Shown here piece after piece: positions 27,446 through 38,275 of a stretch of DNA of 64,000 nt. A program made the position numbers and the translations under genes. Each line of letters starts with the position of its first letter. The stretch's first letter is position 1. The stretch comes from a bacterium (GTDB taxonomy: Bacteria; Orphanbacterota; Orphanbacteria; JBJXGV01): the NCBI GenBank assembly GCA_046160485.1, contig JBJXGV010000070.1, positions 13,154-77,153 on the forward strand. Direction: 5' to 3'. The notes beneath the pieces are model-generated. The model was not told where the DNA came from, made no database searches, and worked only from the letters and a program-made list of their open reading frames with translations.

Positions 27446-29251
27446 CTACCGGCGCGACGCCGCGACGTGCGCGCGAATCGCATCGATCGCGGGGTCGGTC
27501 CCCGACTCCCAGGCCTCCATCGTCGGCGGCGCGGCAATGTGCGGCCCGATCCAAGTCCGCGTATCGGTTGATTCCGTGTTCTGGTGGTACCGCGACGAGA
27601 TACTGACGCGAACGCGGCTGTACGGAAGTGTGACGGGCGAAGACTCTCCGACGAAATTCGGCCGCGAGCCGGTGGGTTCCCCGACGAAGAGCGCGTTTGT
27701 TCGAGCCTCGAGTTCGGCGGCGCCGCACATCGCCGCGGAGAACGTGCGGCGCCCGATGAGTACGAAGAGATGATCGCGACGATTGAGGCGCTCGGATCGA
27801 GCGATCCCGTCGACGAGCGCTCCGAAGAGCGCCTTGTTCCCTCCAGGATTGTTGCGCAGATCGATGATGAGACCCTCGGACGCGTCCGACGAGGCGGCCG
27901 CCAGCACGCGCGCGCAGAAATCCGCGAACGGCTCTGCGGGGTCGTCTCGAGTCTGATTGAATTGGAGGTAAACAAGGGGCGGCTCGTCGAGTGTCGCGAA
28001 CCAGTACGGCCGATTCCGGTCGCGAAGCGTCGGCGCCAGCGCATCGCGCTGCGGTTCGACAGATACCCATTCGGAAGCGTGGCCCTCGGTCGCGAGCGCG
28101 CTGATCCGCGCGTGCACCGGGCGACCATCGCGATCGCCGGCGAATTCCACGACTCCGGCGGAATCGGCGAGCCCCGTGACTCGGAGTACCTCGGGACACC
28201 CGAGGAGCCACGCGTTCCAGAGCAGCTCGCCCATCGCGTTGTCGACCGAGCGAAACGGCGCCAGGCGCGCGACCGCGTCGTCGATGGGTATTCCGCCAAC
28301 CCGTGTAAGACGCGCACCGAGAATGTCGGCCGAAGCGGAGGACGCGCGCACGACGTAGTACCCGCCTTCCGCGACCGCGATCGCGATGGGAAGCCGCGGC
28401 GAACTCGCACCGGCGTGCCCGGCTGCGGACAATCCCGTCAACGGATCCTCGAGCACCGCGCCAGCGTCCACGCCGAGGAGAGTGTGCCCGGCACCAAGCT
28501 CGGCAAGGAGGCGCCGCAGCTCGACGAGAATCGCGTCATCCGAGAGCGACTCCGCGCTTGCGGCAAGCGTATTGAACGAGTCCAAATATTGGGCGCGATC
28601 AACGATGGCGAATGGACTCCAATGCGTTGCGACGATCCGATCGCGAAGGAACAGGATATCGCGGCGCCAGCGCTCGGAACGCGAGCCGACCGGCGCGAGG
28701 CCGACTCCGGTGATCTCCGCGAACCGTGCGTCGGCGCGAAGCGGCGCCAGATCGGCGTCCTCCGCGAACGCGGTCTCGTCCCAGTAGCCGTGTTCGATCG
28801 CCGTTCGGAGATGATCGAACGCGCGATCGACGCGCCCTAGGGCCGCGTCGGCGCAAGCGCAATTGAAGTAGCAGTCCGCGCGCCGGTGCCCGAGCCGCGC
28901 GCATTCCATCCAGATTTCAATCGCCTCTTCGTCACGCCCGACGTGGTGAAGCGAGTACGCGTACAGATCGAGATGGCTGCCGCGGCTGCGATTGACGCTC
29001 ACGGCTTTCTCGTAGTGGCGGACGGCGCCCTCCCAATCCTTCGCGTTGTAGGATTCGATGGCCAGCCGCGCTTCGGCGAACGCGGCTGCACCCGGCGACA
29101 CCGCCGGCGGCGACGCCGCGCCCGCATCGACGACGGGAACGGTGCCGAACGCGACGAGCGCCGCGACGAGCGCCCCGCGAAGATCAGCCCGGTAACGCAA
29201 GCCACGCCACCCGCTCGGCGCCACCTCACTCGCAATGCGATTCCTAACCAC
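27446..29251 (-). CDS. S41-family peptidase (C-terminal processing/tail-specific protease-like) with N-terminal TPR-like region
   Basis: LIIDLRNNPGGN and IGRRTFSAA S41 active-site region motifs; N-terminal signal-like segment. Confidence 0.7.
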   Translation of the reverse strand: MVRNRIASEVAPSGWRGLRYRADLRGALVAALVAFGTVPVVDAGAASPPAVSPGAAAFAEARLAIESYNAKDWEGAVRHYEKAVSVNRSRGSHLDLYAYSLHHVGRDEEAIEIWMECARLGHRRADCYFNCACADAALGRVDRAFDHLRTAIEHGYWDETAFAEDADLAPLRADARFAEITGVGLAPVGSRSERWRRDILFLRDRIVATHWSPFAIVDRAQYLDSFNTLAASAESLSDDAILVELRRLLAELGAGHTLLGVDAGAVLEDPLTGLSAAGHAGASSPRLPIAIAVAEGGYYVVRASSASADILGARLTRVGGIPIDDAVARLAPFRSVDNAMGELLWNAWLLGCPEVLRVTGLADSAGVVEFAGDRDGRPVHARISALATEGHASEWVSVEPQRDALAPTLRDRNRPYWFATLDEPPLVYLQFNQTRDDPAEPFADFCARVLAAASSDASEGLIIDLRNNPGGNKALFGALVDGIARSERLNRRDHLFVLIGRRTFSAAMCGAAELEARTNALFVGEPTGSRPNFVGESSPVTLPYSRVRVSISSRYHQNTESTDTRTWIGPHIAAPPTMEAWESGTDPAIDAIRAHVAASRR

Positions 29252-29360
29252 GATGCCTCCTCAGTTTGATTGTCCCGATTCATAGACGCGTCAGAGCGCC
29301 GCCGCGTTCACGTGATACGGCGCCGGCGTCGCACGGTTACGGAGATCGTGGAGAGAGCCC

Positions 29361-31251
29361 CTAGAGAAGCGGCTTGCCGTCGAGGTCTGGCGGTATCGGC
29401 ACGCCCAACAACTTCAAGATCGTCGGCGCCAGATCCATGATCGACGGCGTCGCACCCGCGAGCGGCAGCGCACGGTTGCAGAGCAGCGTTCCGCACGTGA
29501 TCTCGGGGTCGAACGAGCAGTGATCCCCGCTCCACTTGCGCGCGTTGTCGGTGAAAACCTCGGACGGGATTCCGCCGAGCGCCGTCTGCCAAGAGACGCG
29601 GTAGCCGTCGACAAAGCCGACAATCAGATCGCCCGATTTGTGGACGTACTCGCCGGAGAAAATTTCCTCGGGGCGATAGACCTTGCGCACGACGTTCTCG
29701 GGCGGGCGCCCGTTCGGCGTGTCCTTCAGACCGTAGATTGCCTTCTCGATCGACTCGCGCAACTCGCGCGCTTCCTTCCCGTGCCCGACGATCCCCTCGG
29801 CTTCGCGTCCCGCGAGATTGAGATAGACCTTGCCGAGCCCCATCGAGTACGCGCGCGTCTTCGACCAGTCGACGTTCGGCCAAAACGTGCCGCCGCCCGT
29901 CAGATCAGAAAGCGTGAATTCCTTGTCGGCCACGCCCGGATTCTTAAGCGCAAGCCAACCGTTCTGGTGCAGCCACGTGTTGATGTTGACCGCGCGCCGG
30001 AACGAATGGAATCCGTGATCCGAGAGCACGAACAACGTCGTGTCCTCGCCCATGAACTTCATCACTTCGCCGAGGAGGCGATCGAACTTTTGATAGACCT
30101 TGAGAATCTCGCCGCCCCAGAGCCGCTCTCCGTCGGCGGAGTAGAGCGGGTGCTCGCGATCGAGGAAGCGCCAGAACATGTGCTGCACGCGATCCGTCGA
30201 GTTCATGACCGAGATCACGAGATCGGAATCCATTTTGCGCAGCGCCGAGAGCGTGATGTCGATCCGCTTGTCGAACGCGTAGTGCAAATCTTCGAGGAAC
30301 GCCTTCTCGTCGAGGCGCCCTTCGTTCAGGCCCCACGTGTCGGTCGCCCAGCCGAGCGTCTTGAACAATCCGATCTCGTCGGCAAGTTCGCCGGACCATC
30401 CCGCGGGATACGTGATCGCAAACGGCGGGTTCTTCGGATGAAAGTTGATCGCGCTCTGGTAGACGCGCAGATGCGGGCGGATTGCACGCGGGTAAAAGCG
30501 AACGATCCCGCGCGCCGAGAAGAGCGGATTGACGGGGAACGCGACCTCGAACCACTCGCTCCACGTTTCGAGCGCGACAACGCGATCGGTTCCGCCCGCC
30601 GAAATGCGAATATGCGTATCGTCCACGACCTCGAAACGAAGCCCGAGCGTGATCTCGCGCGGCCCGAGGAGCTTCAGCTCCGCGCGCCCGTCGTTGAGCA
30701 CGAGGCGCACGTTGCGCCCGCCGAGCTCCGTCGACGAGTCGGACTCGAGGTCGGTCGCATAGTAGAAAGACGTCCCCCACGAACCGCGCAGATCCGGAAC
30801 GCCGAGCCCCGACATCATTCGGCCGCGCACCTTCTCCGGCGGAAACGTGACGGGTACTTGGATGATCGACACGGTGCGGCCGGCGCGGCTTAGGTAATCC
30901 CACAACGCGCCGCCTTTGCGGTTGTTGATCACCTCAGGCTTGCCGATCGCGGACGGCTTTACCGACGTGATCGACAGCCGCGGCAGATAATCCTCCGGCG
31001 ATCGCTCGAGGAAATCGAAGATCGACGTCTTCCCCGGATTCTTGCCCGAGATAAACGACGACCACGCGACGGGAGATTCGGCGGGCACGGTGGTGCCGAG
31101 ATGCGAGTGGTGCCCCGAGGCGCGCAGGCGCGCGAAGTTCGGCAGATCGCCGGACGCGATCCACTTCTCGACGAGGCTCGGCTCCATGCCGTCGCCGCCG
31201 AGGACGATCACCTTCGGGTGGCGCTTTCCCCAGCGGCCGAAGAGCTTCACG
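29361..31251 (-). CDS. Type I phosphodiesterase / nucleotide pyrophosphatase (alkaline phosphatase superfamily) protein
   Basis: GTG start at 31249-31251 preceded by GGGAG. KVIVLGGDGMEPSLV N-terminus and LFVLSDHGFHSF motif of the Phosphodiest family. The listed 918-aa ORF is extended by an Arg-rich shadow. Confidence 0.7.
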
Positions 31252-32269
31252 CGAGTAACTCCCGCGATCGAGCCATCAGGTCCGATTCGAGCTGCTTGGC
31301 GGACGCGCCGTTCGGTATCGGCACTTTGCCTCCGGCCATCGTTCCGTGTCCGCCGGCCTTGCCGTGCGCGCCGACGATTCGACGAACCATCTGGCCCGCG
31401 CCGCGCGCGCGCGTCGTTCGCACGGAAAGGTAGATCGCGCCCTCGAAGCGTCCCATCACGACGACCCATTCGACCCCTTCGAGGCGGATCGCCATATCGG
31501 CGTATTCCGCGACGCGATCGGGATAGTCGAGATCGCCGAGCCGCGCGAGCGCAAGCCGTCCCTCGAGCGATGTCCCCGTTATCGCGGTCTTGAGCCACTC
31601 GAGGTAGTCGCGCGACAGAGGCGCGTTCTCGATACGCGACAAGAGCACGCGATCGACGCGATCGAACAGCGAGCGATGAAACGCGATGTCGCGCGCGGTG
31701 GCTTCGCGCGAAAAGTCGAGCGTCTCCGATTTGATGCCGAGGAAGAGCGCGGTCGCGAGAGGCCGTTCGATGCGGATCTTCGCGGCGTCGAGGTACTCGC
31801 CGACGATCGTCGCCGTCGCGCCGATCGTCGGGCGGACATCGTAGTACGCGACCGCGCGTGTCTCGTCGCGCAGCGGGTGATGATCGATCACGACGTCGGG
31901 AACACGGTCGGCGGGTATCGAGTTGTTCCCCGTCTCCGGCTGGGAGTCGACGAGCGCGAGCCGCTCGTAGCGCTCGAACGCGATCTGGTCGAGCGGTACG
32001 AGCGGATACCCGACCAGCGTCGCCATCGCGCGATTCTCCGGGCGTCCGATGATGCCGCCGTAGGCGACGTCGACGACGCGGCGCGTGCCGGCCTTGAAGA
32101 GCGCGCGAAGAGCCCAAGCACTCGAGAGCGCGTCCGGGTCGGGATTGTCGTGCGTAATGACGAGGATGCGCTTCGCGTTGCCGAGAGCGCGCGCAAGGCG
32201 CGCGAGCCGCTGCCGCGCGGCGTTGCCACTCACCGGCACGCCGCGCTCCCAGTCGCGCGCGAGCGCCAC
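31247..32269 (-). CDS. nrnA: DHH-family phosphoesterase (NrnA-like oligoribonuclease / pAp phosphatase)
   Basis: ILVITHDNPDPDALSS and VVIDHH DHH motifs, C-terminal DHHA1-like GGGHxxAAG (GGHGTMAGG). Confidence 0.75.
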   Translation of the reverse strand: MALARDWERGVPVSGNAARQRLARLARALGNAKRILVITHDNPDPDALSSAWALRALFKAGTRRVVDVAYGGIIGRPENRAMATLVGYPLVPLDQIAFERYERLALVDSQPETGNNSIPADRVPDVVIDHHPLRDETRAVAYYDVRPTIGATATIVGEYLDAAKIRIERPLATALFLGIKSETLDFSREATARDIAFHRSLFDRVDRVLLSRIENAPLSRDYLEWLKTAITGTSLEGRLALARLGDLDYPDRVAEYADMAIRLEGVEWVVVMGRFEGAIYLSVRTTRARGAGQMVRRIVGAHGKAGGHGTMAGGKVPIPNGASAKQLESDLMARSRELLA

Positions 32270-32287
32270 CGCACTGCCGGCGGAGGT

Positions 32288-32776
32288 TTAGCCTTCACCC
32301 AGTCGAGAGAGCTCGCCGCGAAGCCATGAGGCGTGCTTCCGCTCCTGCTGGATGAGTTCGTCGATCGCCCGGCGTGCTTCTTCCCGCTCGGCGAACGGCA
32401 AGAGCCCTTCATAGAAGCGAATGGCGTCCTCTTCCATGCGAATCCCGAGCCGCAGTGCGTCGGCGTCGGAGGTGATCGTTGCCATCTGCTCCCGAGGAGG
32501 GTTCTTACTTCCGAAAATTGTCCCCTGATAGAGCTTCTCTAGCGCGTCGAGAGATTTCGCTTCGCCGGGAGTCTCGGGCGCGTCGCCGCGGCTCGAGAAG
32601 TAGATGTCCTCGAAATCGTGGACGTGTTTTTCTTCGTCGGCCGCGATTTCCGCGAAGACGCGCATCACCCCGGGGTTGAGGTTGAGCTCCCGCCCGCGCC
32701 GGTAAAATGCGAGTCCGTCTTGCTCGAGTTGGACGGCCACTCGAAAGACATCAGCGAATGTCCAGGCGTAACCCAA
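32288..32776 (-). CDS. Rubrerythrin/ferritin-like diiron protein
   Basis: Two E...ExxH diiron motifs (AADEEKHVHDFE; MEEDAIRFYE...QQERKHASWL). Confidence 0.6.
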   Translation of the reverse strand: MGYAWTFADVFRVAVQLEQDGLAFYRRGRELNLNPGVMRVFAEIAADEEKHVHDFEDIYFSSRGDAPETPGEAKSLDALEKLYQGTIFGSKNPPREQMATITSDADALRLGIRMEEDAIRFYEGLLPFAEREEARRAIDELIQQERKHASWLRGELSRLGEG

Positions 32777-32892
32777 CGGTCTCCTCCGGGCGATCCGTGT
32801 CCGAATCGCGTGGCGCCACTCTAGGTGGCTCGCTCTCTCGTGTCAAGTTGAAACACGGCAGCAACCGCAAGCAGCAGAAACAATTGCGAGGA

Positions 32893-33561
32893 TTACTGGA
32901 ACCTCGCGATGCCCTCCGAAAGGAACGGATTCTCGATCCGCTCGCGCCCCACCGTGGTCGCTTCCCCGTGGCCGGACAGCACCGCCGTCTCGTCCGGAAG
33001 CGCCAGAATCTTCTCGCGAATCGAACGAAGCAGAATCGCCAGCGAACCGCCGGGCAGATCGGTCCTTCCGATCGATCCCTCGAAGAGCGCGTCGCCGCTG
33101 AAGAGGAGGTGACCCGCGAGGAACGAGACGCTCCCCGGGCTGTGACCCGGCGTTTCGAGCACCCGGATCGCGTGCGAGCCAAGCGTAAACGTGTCCCCCT
33201 CCGCGAGGCCGTAGTCGACGCGCGGCGCTTCCATCGGCGGGATTCCGAGTGCGTGGCAGAACTCGCCGAGCCCATCGAGCAGGAAAGTGTCGCGCGCGTG
33301 GAGATAGAACGGGATCGCGAGTTCGCGCTGGAGCCGCGCCGCGCCGCCGACGTGGTCCGGGTGCGCGTGCGTGTTGAGGATCGCCTTCGCTGTCCACCGC
33401 TCGTTCGCGAGCAGATCGAGAATCGCGTCCTCTTCGCCGCCGGGATCGATGAGAACACACTCGCGCGTATCGCCGTCGGTTAACACGTATGTGTTCTCCG
33501 CGAACGGCTCGACGACGAACCGATGCACGAGGAGCGCGCCGCGCGGCTCATCCACCGACAT
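32893..33561 (-). CDS. MBL-fold metallo-hydrolase (glyoxalase II-like)
   Basis: NTHAHPDHVGG (HxHxDH) motif and downstream TPGHSPGS; overlaps the moaA stop by 14 nt. Confidence 0.75.
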   Translation of the reverse strand: MSVDEPRGALLVHRFVVEPFAENTYVLTDGDTRECVLIDPGGEEDAILDLLANERWTAKAILNTHAHPDHVGGAARLQRELAIPFYLHARDTFLLDGLGEFCHALGIPPMEAPRVDYGLAEGDTFTLGSHAIRVLETPGHSPGSVSFLAGHLLFSGDALFEGSIGRTDLPGGSLAILLRSIREKILALPDETAVLSGHGEATTVGRERIENPFLSEGIARFQ

Positions 33562-34528
33562 TGACGAAGCTCACCATGTTGCCCCAGCGCCCCTCGCCCA
33601 GGAAGTGCGACGGCGGCTTCTCGACGAGCGTTCGGCGAATCACCGCGGCGATCTCGCCGCGCCAATTCGGCGACGCGAGGTGCTGTGCGAGCGCCACGTT
33701 TTCCTCGGAGAAGAGGCAACTCCGCAATTCGCCGCGCGCCGTGAGGCGAAGCCGGTTGCAGTTCTCGCAGAAATTATGCGAAAGCGGGCTGATGAAACCG
33801 ACGAGGCCTTTTCCGTCGCCGCGCGAGTAGTACCGCGCCGGACCGCCCCGCTCCTCGAGAACCACCTCGCGCCACGTGCCGTTCGCGCGAAGCCGCGCCT
33901 TAATCTCTTCGTTCGAAACGAAGCGGTCGGGCTGAAAGTCGGCGTTGGCCGCCGTCGGCATCAGCTCGATGAACCGGACCATAACGGGAAGCCGCGCGGA
34001 GAGATCAGCGACGCGTTCGATGTCGTCCTCGTTGACGCCGCGCAGGATCACCGCGTTGACCTTGACCGGCGCCATTCCCGCTTCAATCGCCGCATCGAGT
34101 CCCGAGAGGACGCGTCCGAGAAAATCCTCGCCCGCCATGCGCACGAAGAGTTCGGGGTCGAGCGTGTCGATGCTGATGTTGACGCCCGAGACGCCGGCTG
34201 CCTGGAGCGGGCGCGCCAGCTTCTCGAGCAGCACCCCGTTCGTCGAGAGATGAATGGTTCGGATTTGCGGCAGCGCCCGAATCCCCGAGACGATTTCGAG
34301 GATGTCCTTGCGAAGAAGCGGCTCGCCGCCTGTCAGGCGCACGCGCTCGATCCCCATCTCGGCGAACACCGAAACGAGTCGAACGAAGTGGTCCGCGGAG
34401 AGGAAATTATCGTGCGGCGTAAAACCAGTCTTGCCGTCGGGCAGGCAATACGTGCACGCCAGATTGCAGTTCTGCGTAACCGAGACCCGCAGATACGTGA
34501 GCCGCCGGCCAATGCCGTCGATGAGCAT
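33548..34528 (-). CDS. moaA: GTP 3',8-cyclase (radical SAM, molybdenum cofactor biosynthesis)
   Basis: CNLACTYCLP radical-SAM CxxxCxxC motif, GGEPLL, C-terminal CxxCxRxR cluster (CENCNRLRL). Confidence 0.85.
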   Translation of the reverse strand: MLIDGIGRRLTYLRVSVTQNCNLACTYCLPDGKTGFTPHDNFLSADHFVRLVSVFAEMGIERVRLTGGEPLLRKDILEIVSGIRALPQIRTIHLSTNGVLLEKLARPLQAAGVSGVNISIDTLDPELFVRMAGEDFLGRVLSGLDAAIEAGMAPVKVNAVILRGVNEDDIERVADLSARLPVMVRFIELMPTAANADFQPDRFVSNEEIKARLRANGTWREVVLEERGGPARYYSRGDGKGLVGFISPLSHNFCENCNRLRLTARGELRSCLFSEENVALAQHLASPNWRGEIAAVIRRTLVEKPPSHFLGEGRWGNMVSFVNVGG

Positions 34529-34670
34529 GACACGCTCTCCTTTCCAAGAAAGGGAGGCGACGCCGTTTCCGGCGCCACCCTATCGGCCGGTCGCTCGTAG
34601 CTACACGCCGTAGAGCGACGGGCTCGGAGAGTTCAGAATAGAGCGAGGGTAGAACGGCGTGCGGACCGCG

Positions 34671-36041
34671 TCAAGACGAGGCGACAATTTCCTTCGTCGA
34701 GCGGCGCTTGACCGAAGTGAGGACTGGCAGTTCGAGATAGCGTTCGACTTCCTCAGGGCTCTTGAGCGAGTGGTCGAGGTTCTCGAAGAAGAACGCGAGT
34801 CCGATGCCGACGAGAAGCGAGAGGATCGGACCGAGCGAGAGGCGCACGAGGTCGCGCGGGTTCGACGCGCGGCCGTAGCCCGGCTCGCTGATCAAGAAAA
34901 TGTGGTAGTCGGCCATGCTGCGCGCGCTCGCGAGCGCCTGGCCCTTCATGTACGTCAGGTCGCCGAGCGACTTCTTGCTCGACTCGAGGTCCTTGTCGAG
35001 GTCGTTGAGGTCGCGGTCCATCATCGGGAGAATCCGGAGCCGCTCCTCGGCTTCGTTCATGCGGCGCTGCACGACATCGCGCTGCATCTCGATGCGCGAC
35101 AACTCGTCCTTCTTCGCAACGAGAATGCGCGCCCGCTCCGACTCGGCGAACTGTTGAAGCTCCGCGATCTCCTTGTCGACCTGTTCGACCAGCGGATGGC
35201 GATCGGTGTACGTCGCGAGAAGCCGCTCGCGCTCCAACTCGCGGACGGAGAGGTCTTTCAGAACCGAGCCGAGGATTCCCGCGTCGACCCGGCCCCACGA
35301 CATGAAACGCTGCTCGCCCCCAAGCTTGTCGATCTTCTCCTCGGCGCTGATCTCGGCGCGAAGCGCCACGATCTGCGTTTCGAAATTCACGACATCGTTG
35401 CGGAGCTGCGCCAGAACCGCGTACTGAATCCCGAGCTCGCCGGGGATATCCGCCACGTCGTTCTCTTGCTTGATCTCGAGCCGGCGGTTGAGGAGGTCCG
35501 TGACCTTCGCGCCCGTGCGCTGCAGCTCGGCATCGAAGAAGTCGGCGAGGTCCGGGACGGTGAAAAGCTCCTTGTGGTACTCGAGATACGCCGTAGTCAC
35601 GGCCTGATTCACCTTGAACGATTCTTCGGGATCCTGCGACGTGTACGAAATCGAGAGCATGCGCGACTTCGGTATCGGCGCCGGCTTGAGGTTCGCGCCG
35701 ATCACTTTGTATTTCGGCTCGCCCTTCGCGGCGGCGGAGTCGAGAAGCGCCTGAGCGCGCTCGATCACCGGGCGCGACTTGATCAACTCGCACTCGGAGG
35801 ATGACAACTCGTCGGCGTTAAGCGGAACGATGACGCGGTCGATAGCGCTGCCGCGCTGCACGCCCCAGAGCATGATCTTCGAGTCGGAGGTGTAGACGAT
35901 CGGCTGCAAGAGGAGCGCGGACCCGACGACGGTACTCGTCACGCCGACCATCGCCAGAATCAACGCCTTCCTCCGGAAGATGACCATGAGGAAGTCGCGA
36001 AGAGATATCTGTGCTTCTTGACGTTCTGTGTACTCGGCCAC
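34671..36041 (-). CDS. Polysaccharide chain-length determinant (Wzz/GumC-like) protein
   Basis: N-terminal TM and ISLRDFLMVIFRRKALILAMVG signature, long coiled-coil periplasmic region, C-terminal TM; no tyrosine-kinase domain. Confidence 0.7.
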   Translation of the reverse strand: MAEYTERQEAQISLRDFLMVIFRRKALILAMVGVTSTVVGSALLLQPIVYTSDSKIMLWGVQRGSAIDRVIVPLNADELSSSECELIKSRPVIERAQALLDSAAAKGEPKYKVIGANLKPAPIPKSRMLSISYTSQDPEESFKVNQAVTTAYLEYHKELFTVPDLADFFDAELQRTGAKVTDLLNRRLEIKQENDVADIPGELGIQYAVLAQLRNDVVNFETQIVALRAEISAEEKIDKLGGEQRFMSWGRVDAGILGSVLKDLSVRELERERLLATYTDRHPLVEQVDKEIAELQQFAESERARILVAKKDELSRIEMQRDVVQRRMNEAEERLRILPMMDRDLNDLDKDLESSKKSLGDLTYMKGQALASARSMADYHIFLISEPGYGRASNPRDLVRLSLGPILSLLVGIGLAFFFENLDHSLKSPEEVERYLELPVLTSVKRRSTKEIVASS

Positions 36042-36210
36042 GCGTTTACCTTCCAGACCCCGTAATTGACGAACGGCAGGTTCACATCGATGAAACTTCT
36101 CTGAATTGCTTATCGGGCGGGGCGGCGATCGAGATTAGGGAACATTTCGCCAGGAACGACGGAGGCCACTATAAGAGCGTCCCCATAGGCCGTCAAGGCG
36201 CGCGGAACAC

Positions 36211-38271
36211 TCAGGGCGCGGGAGCCGCCGGCGCGACCGCGTAGACGCGATACCGCGGAGACTCGTACGCCACCGGCAGATCGAGGAGCCCTCGCGCGCG
36301 CGCCGCCGGGCCCGCGGCGGCGGTTGCCTCCAAATCGTGGACGACGAACAGCGGCCCACCGCTTGCCGGGCCGGCAAGATCAGCCCGAGTCACGACGCCG
36401 CGAGCGAAGAGCGAGTCCTCGATCGCAGCGCGGCGATCGATCTCGGCGCGCGGATAGCCCCACTCGCGCGCGAGGTGATCGGCCCCGGCGAAAACGCGGC
36501 GGGGAGCCAAGACCGAGAGTCGCATCCGCTCGTGGACATCCGCGTCGCGGCACTGCAAGAAGATCGCATCGCGCGGTGTCGCGCGGCGCACCCATTCGTA
36601 GAGAGCCCGCTCCTCGGGGCCGACGCCGTAATCGTTCGGCAGCGCGAGGTAACCGAAGAGCATCGCGGCATTCGCGGGGACGAGGATCGCGGAAGCCAGA
36701 AGGAGGCGACGAGCGCCGGGGCGGAATCGCCGCGTCCAATCGGCCAGCGCCCAGCCGGCCGGAAGCGCGAGGCCGAGCACGAGGAAGTAGGGGTTCTTGT
36801 CCATCGTCTGCGCGCGCTCGCTCCCAGGAAGCCGCAGGAGCATTGCGAGAAGCACGAGCGCGACACCAGTGAACAATACGAATCGCCCCGAAGGCTCGGC
36901 GTGCCGGAAGAGATCACGGAATCGAAACGGCGCGAGTAGGAAGAAGGCGCTGCCGACGGCGGCGATGGCGACCGCACGCCGGACGTTGACGTCGAGGAGT
37001 TGAGAGAGCACCTCCTCGCGGCCGCCGACGCGCAGAAGGTACGGTGCGAAGAGCGCAGTGACCGCGACCGTCGCCAAAACCGGCAGCACGACGCGCCGAA
37101 GAGGAACGAGTCGAACGCGGGAATCGCCGAACGCGATCGTCGCGGCGAGACCGAGCCCCATTGCGGGCGCCAGGAAGAGCGCGACATCGGGATGGAATGC
37201 CCACACGCCCGCGAGCGCGATTGCGGCGAGCGGCGCAGCGGAGCGCGACTCCCCCGCCACGGCGCGAGCGAAATAGAGCATCAAGAACACGGCGAGCGCG
37301 AGGCCGATCGAGAACGCGCTCCCAACGTAGAACTTCGAGAGAAAGAACGGCTGCGCGCCGTCGAGCGGCGAGAGAAAGTCGATCCAGCGGAGAAGGTCGA
37401 TCGGGAACTGATCGTAGATGCGCGCGAGTTCGGCGCCACCCTTTTCCGAGCCGATGAGCGCGCGCACCGCTTTGAGAGGCAGGAAGAGCCAGAAGAGCGC
37501 GTTCAATCCAAGAATGCCCATCAGCACGGCGAAGCGGTTCGACGCGGCGTCCGCACGGAATCGCGCGGAGAGCAGATGCAGGCCGAGTACGAGCGCAACG
37601 AGCGCCTGCACGTTGATCAAGACGAAGAACGGGAACGGCGACGACCCGGCCAGTTGCGACAGGCCCGCGAGGTACAGGTGGAATAGCCAGAAGTAGTGCA
37701 GCGGCAGGCCGGCGAAGAACGGATCCTGGGGCGGTATTCCGAAGTCGAGAATCTCGATGGCGAAGGCGGCGTGGAACCAGGCATCGGAGCGAACCCGCCA
37801 CCATTCGCTCGCAATCGGCAGCGACGCGATGAGCGGCACGAGCGCCGCGAGCAGCGGCGCGACCGATCGCCAGTCGCGCGCGCGTTCATCCGCGGCCGGC
37901 GGCCGGATGCGGCGCGCGAGAAGCAGCGCGGCGGCGAGCGATACGGTCGTGCACGGAACAAATACCGCGCGCGGCGAGGATGCGACGGCGACGCCTGCTA
38001 CATAGAGAAGGACCGACACGACGGGGCCGAGCGCCAGGGCAATGAGGACGCCGTCGATGGAGCGCGCGTGCGGCGCGAAGAGCGCCCACAAGAGGATCCC
38101 GGGGATGACGGCCGCCAGCAGATAGGCGCCGAGTATCCGAGCCAGGACGAATGCGGGGACGAGCGTGCCCGCGCCCCAGAGGAGCAACGCCGCGAGCGAC
38201 GCAACGGTTGCGACCATGCGCGCGCTCGGAAAGCGGCGCGACTCGAGAGTTGCGTCGACGGTGCGGACCAT
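36211..38271 (-). CDS. Large polytopic membrane protein, unknown function (polysaccharide locus)
   Basis: 686 aa with numerous hydrophobic helices and a C-terminal soluble region; start 5 nt from the stop of the O-antigen-ligase-like gene. Confidence 0.5.
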   Translation of the reverse strand: MVRTVDATLESRRFPSARMVATVASLAALLLWGAGTLVPAFVLARILGAYLLAAVIPGILLWALFAPHARSIDGVLIALALGPVVSVLLYVAGVAVASSPRAVFVPCTTVSLAAALLLARRIRPPAADERARDWRSVAPLLAALVPLIASLPIASEWWRVRSDAWFHAAFAIEILDFGIPPQDPFFAGLPLHYFWLFHLYLAGLSQLAGSSPFPFFVLINVQALVALVLGLHLLSARFRADAASNRFAVLMGILGLNALFWLFLPLKAVRALIGSEKGGAELARIYDQFPIDLLRWIDFLSPLDGAQPFFLSKFYVGSAFSIGLALAVFLMLYFARAVAGESRSAAPLAAIALAGVWAFHPDVALFLAPAMGLGLAATIAFGDSRVRLVPLRRVVLPVLATVAVTALFAPYLLRVGGREEVLSQLLDVNVRRAVAIAAVGSAFFLLAPFRFRDLFRHAEPSGRFVLFTGVALVLLAMLLRLPGSERAQTMDKNPYFLVLGLALPAGWALADWTRRFRPGARRLLLASAILVPANAAMLFGYLALPNDYGVGPEERALYEWVRRATPRDAIFLQCRDADVHERMRLSVLAPRRVFAGADHLAREWGYPRAEIDRRAAIEDSLFARGVVTRADLAGPASGGPLFVVHDLEATAAAGPAARARGLLDLPVAYESPRYRVYAVAPAAPAP

Positions 38272-38275
38272 GCGA

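Noticed and set aside
29361-32117. 918-aa reading of the phosphodiesterase ORF
   Set aside because: The N-terminal 290 codons are Arg-rich and overlap the NrnA gene in another frame. The real gene starts at the GTG at 31251 with a GGGAG RBS.
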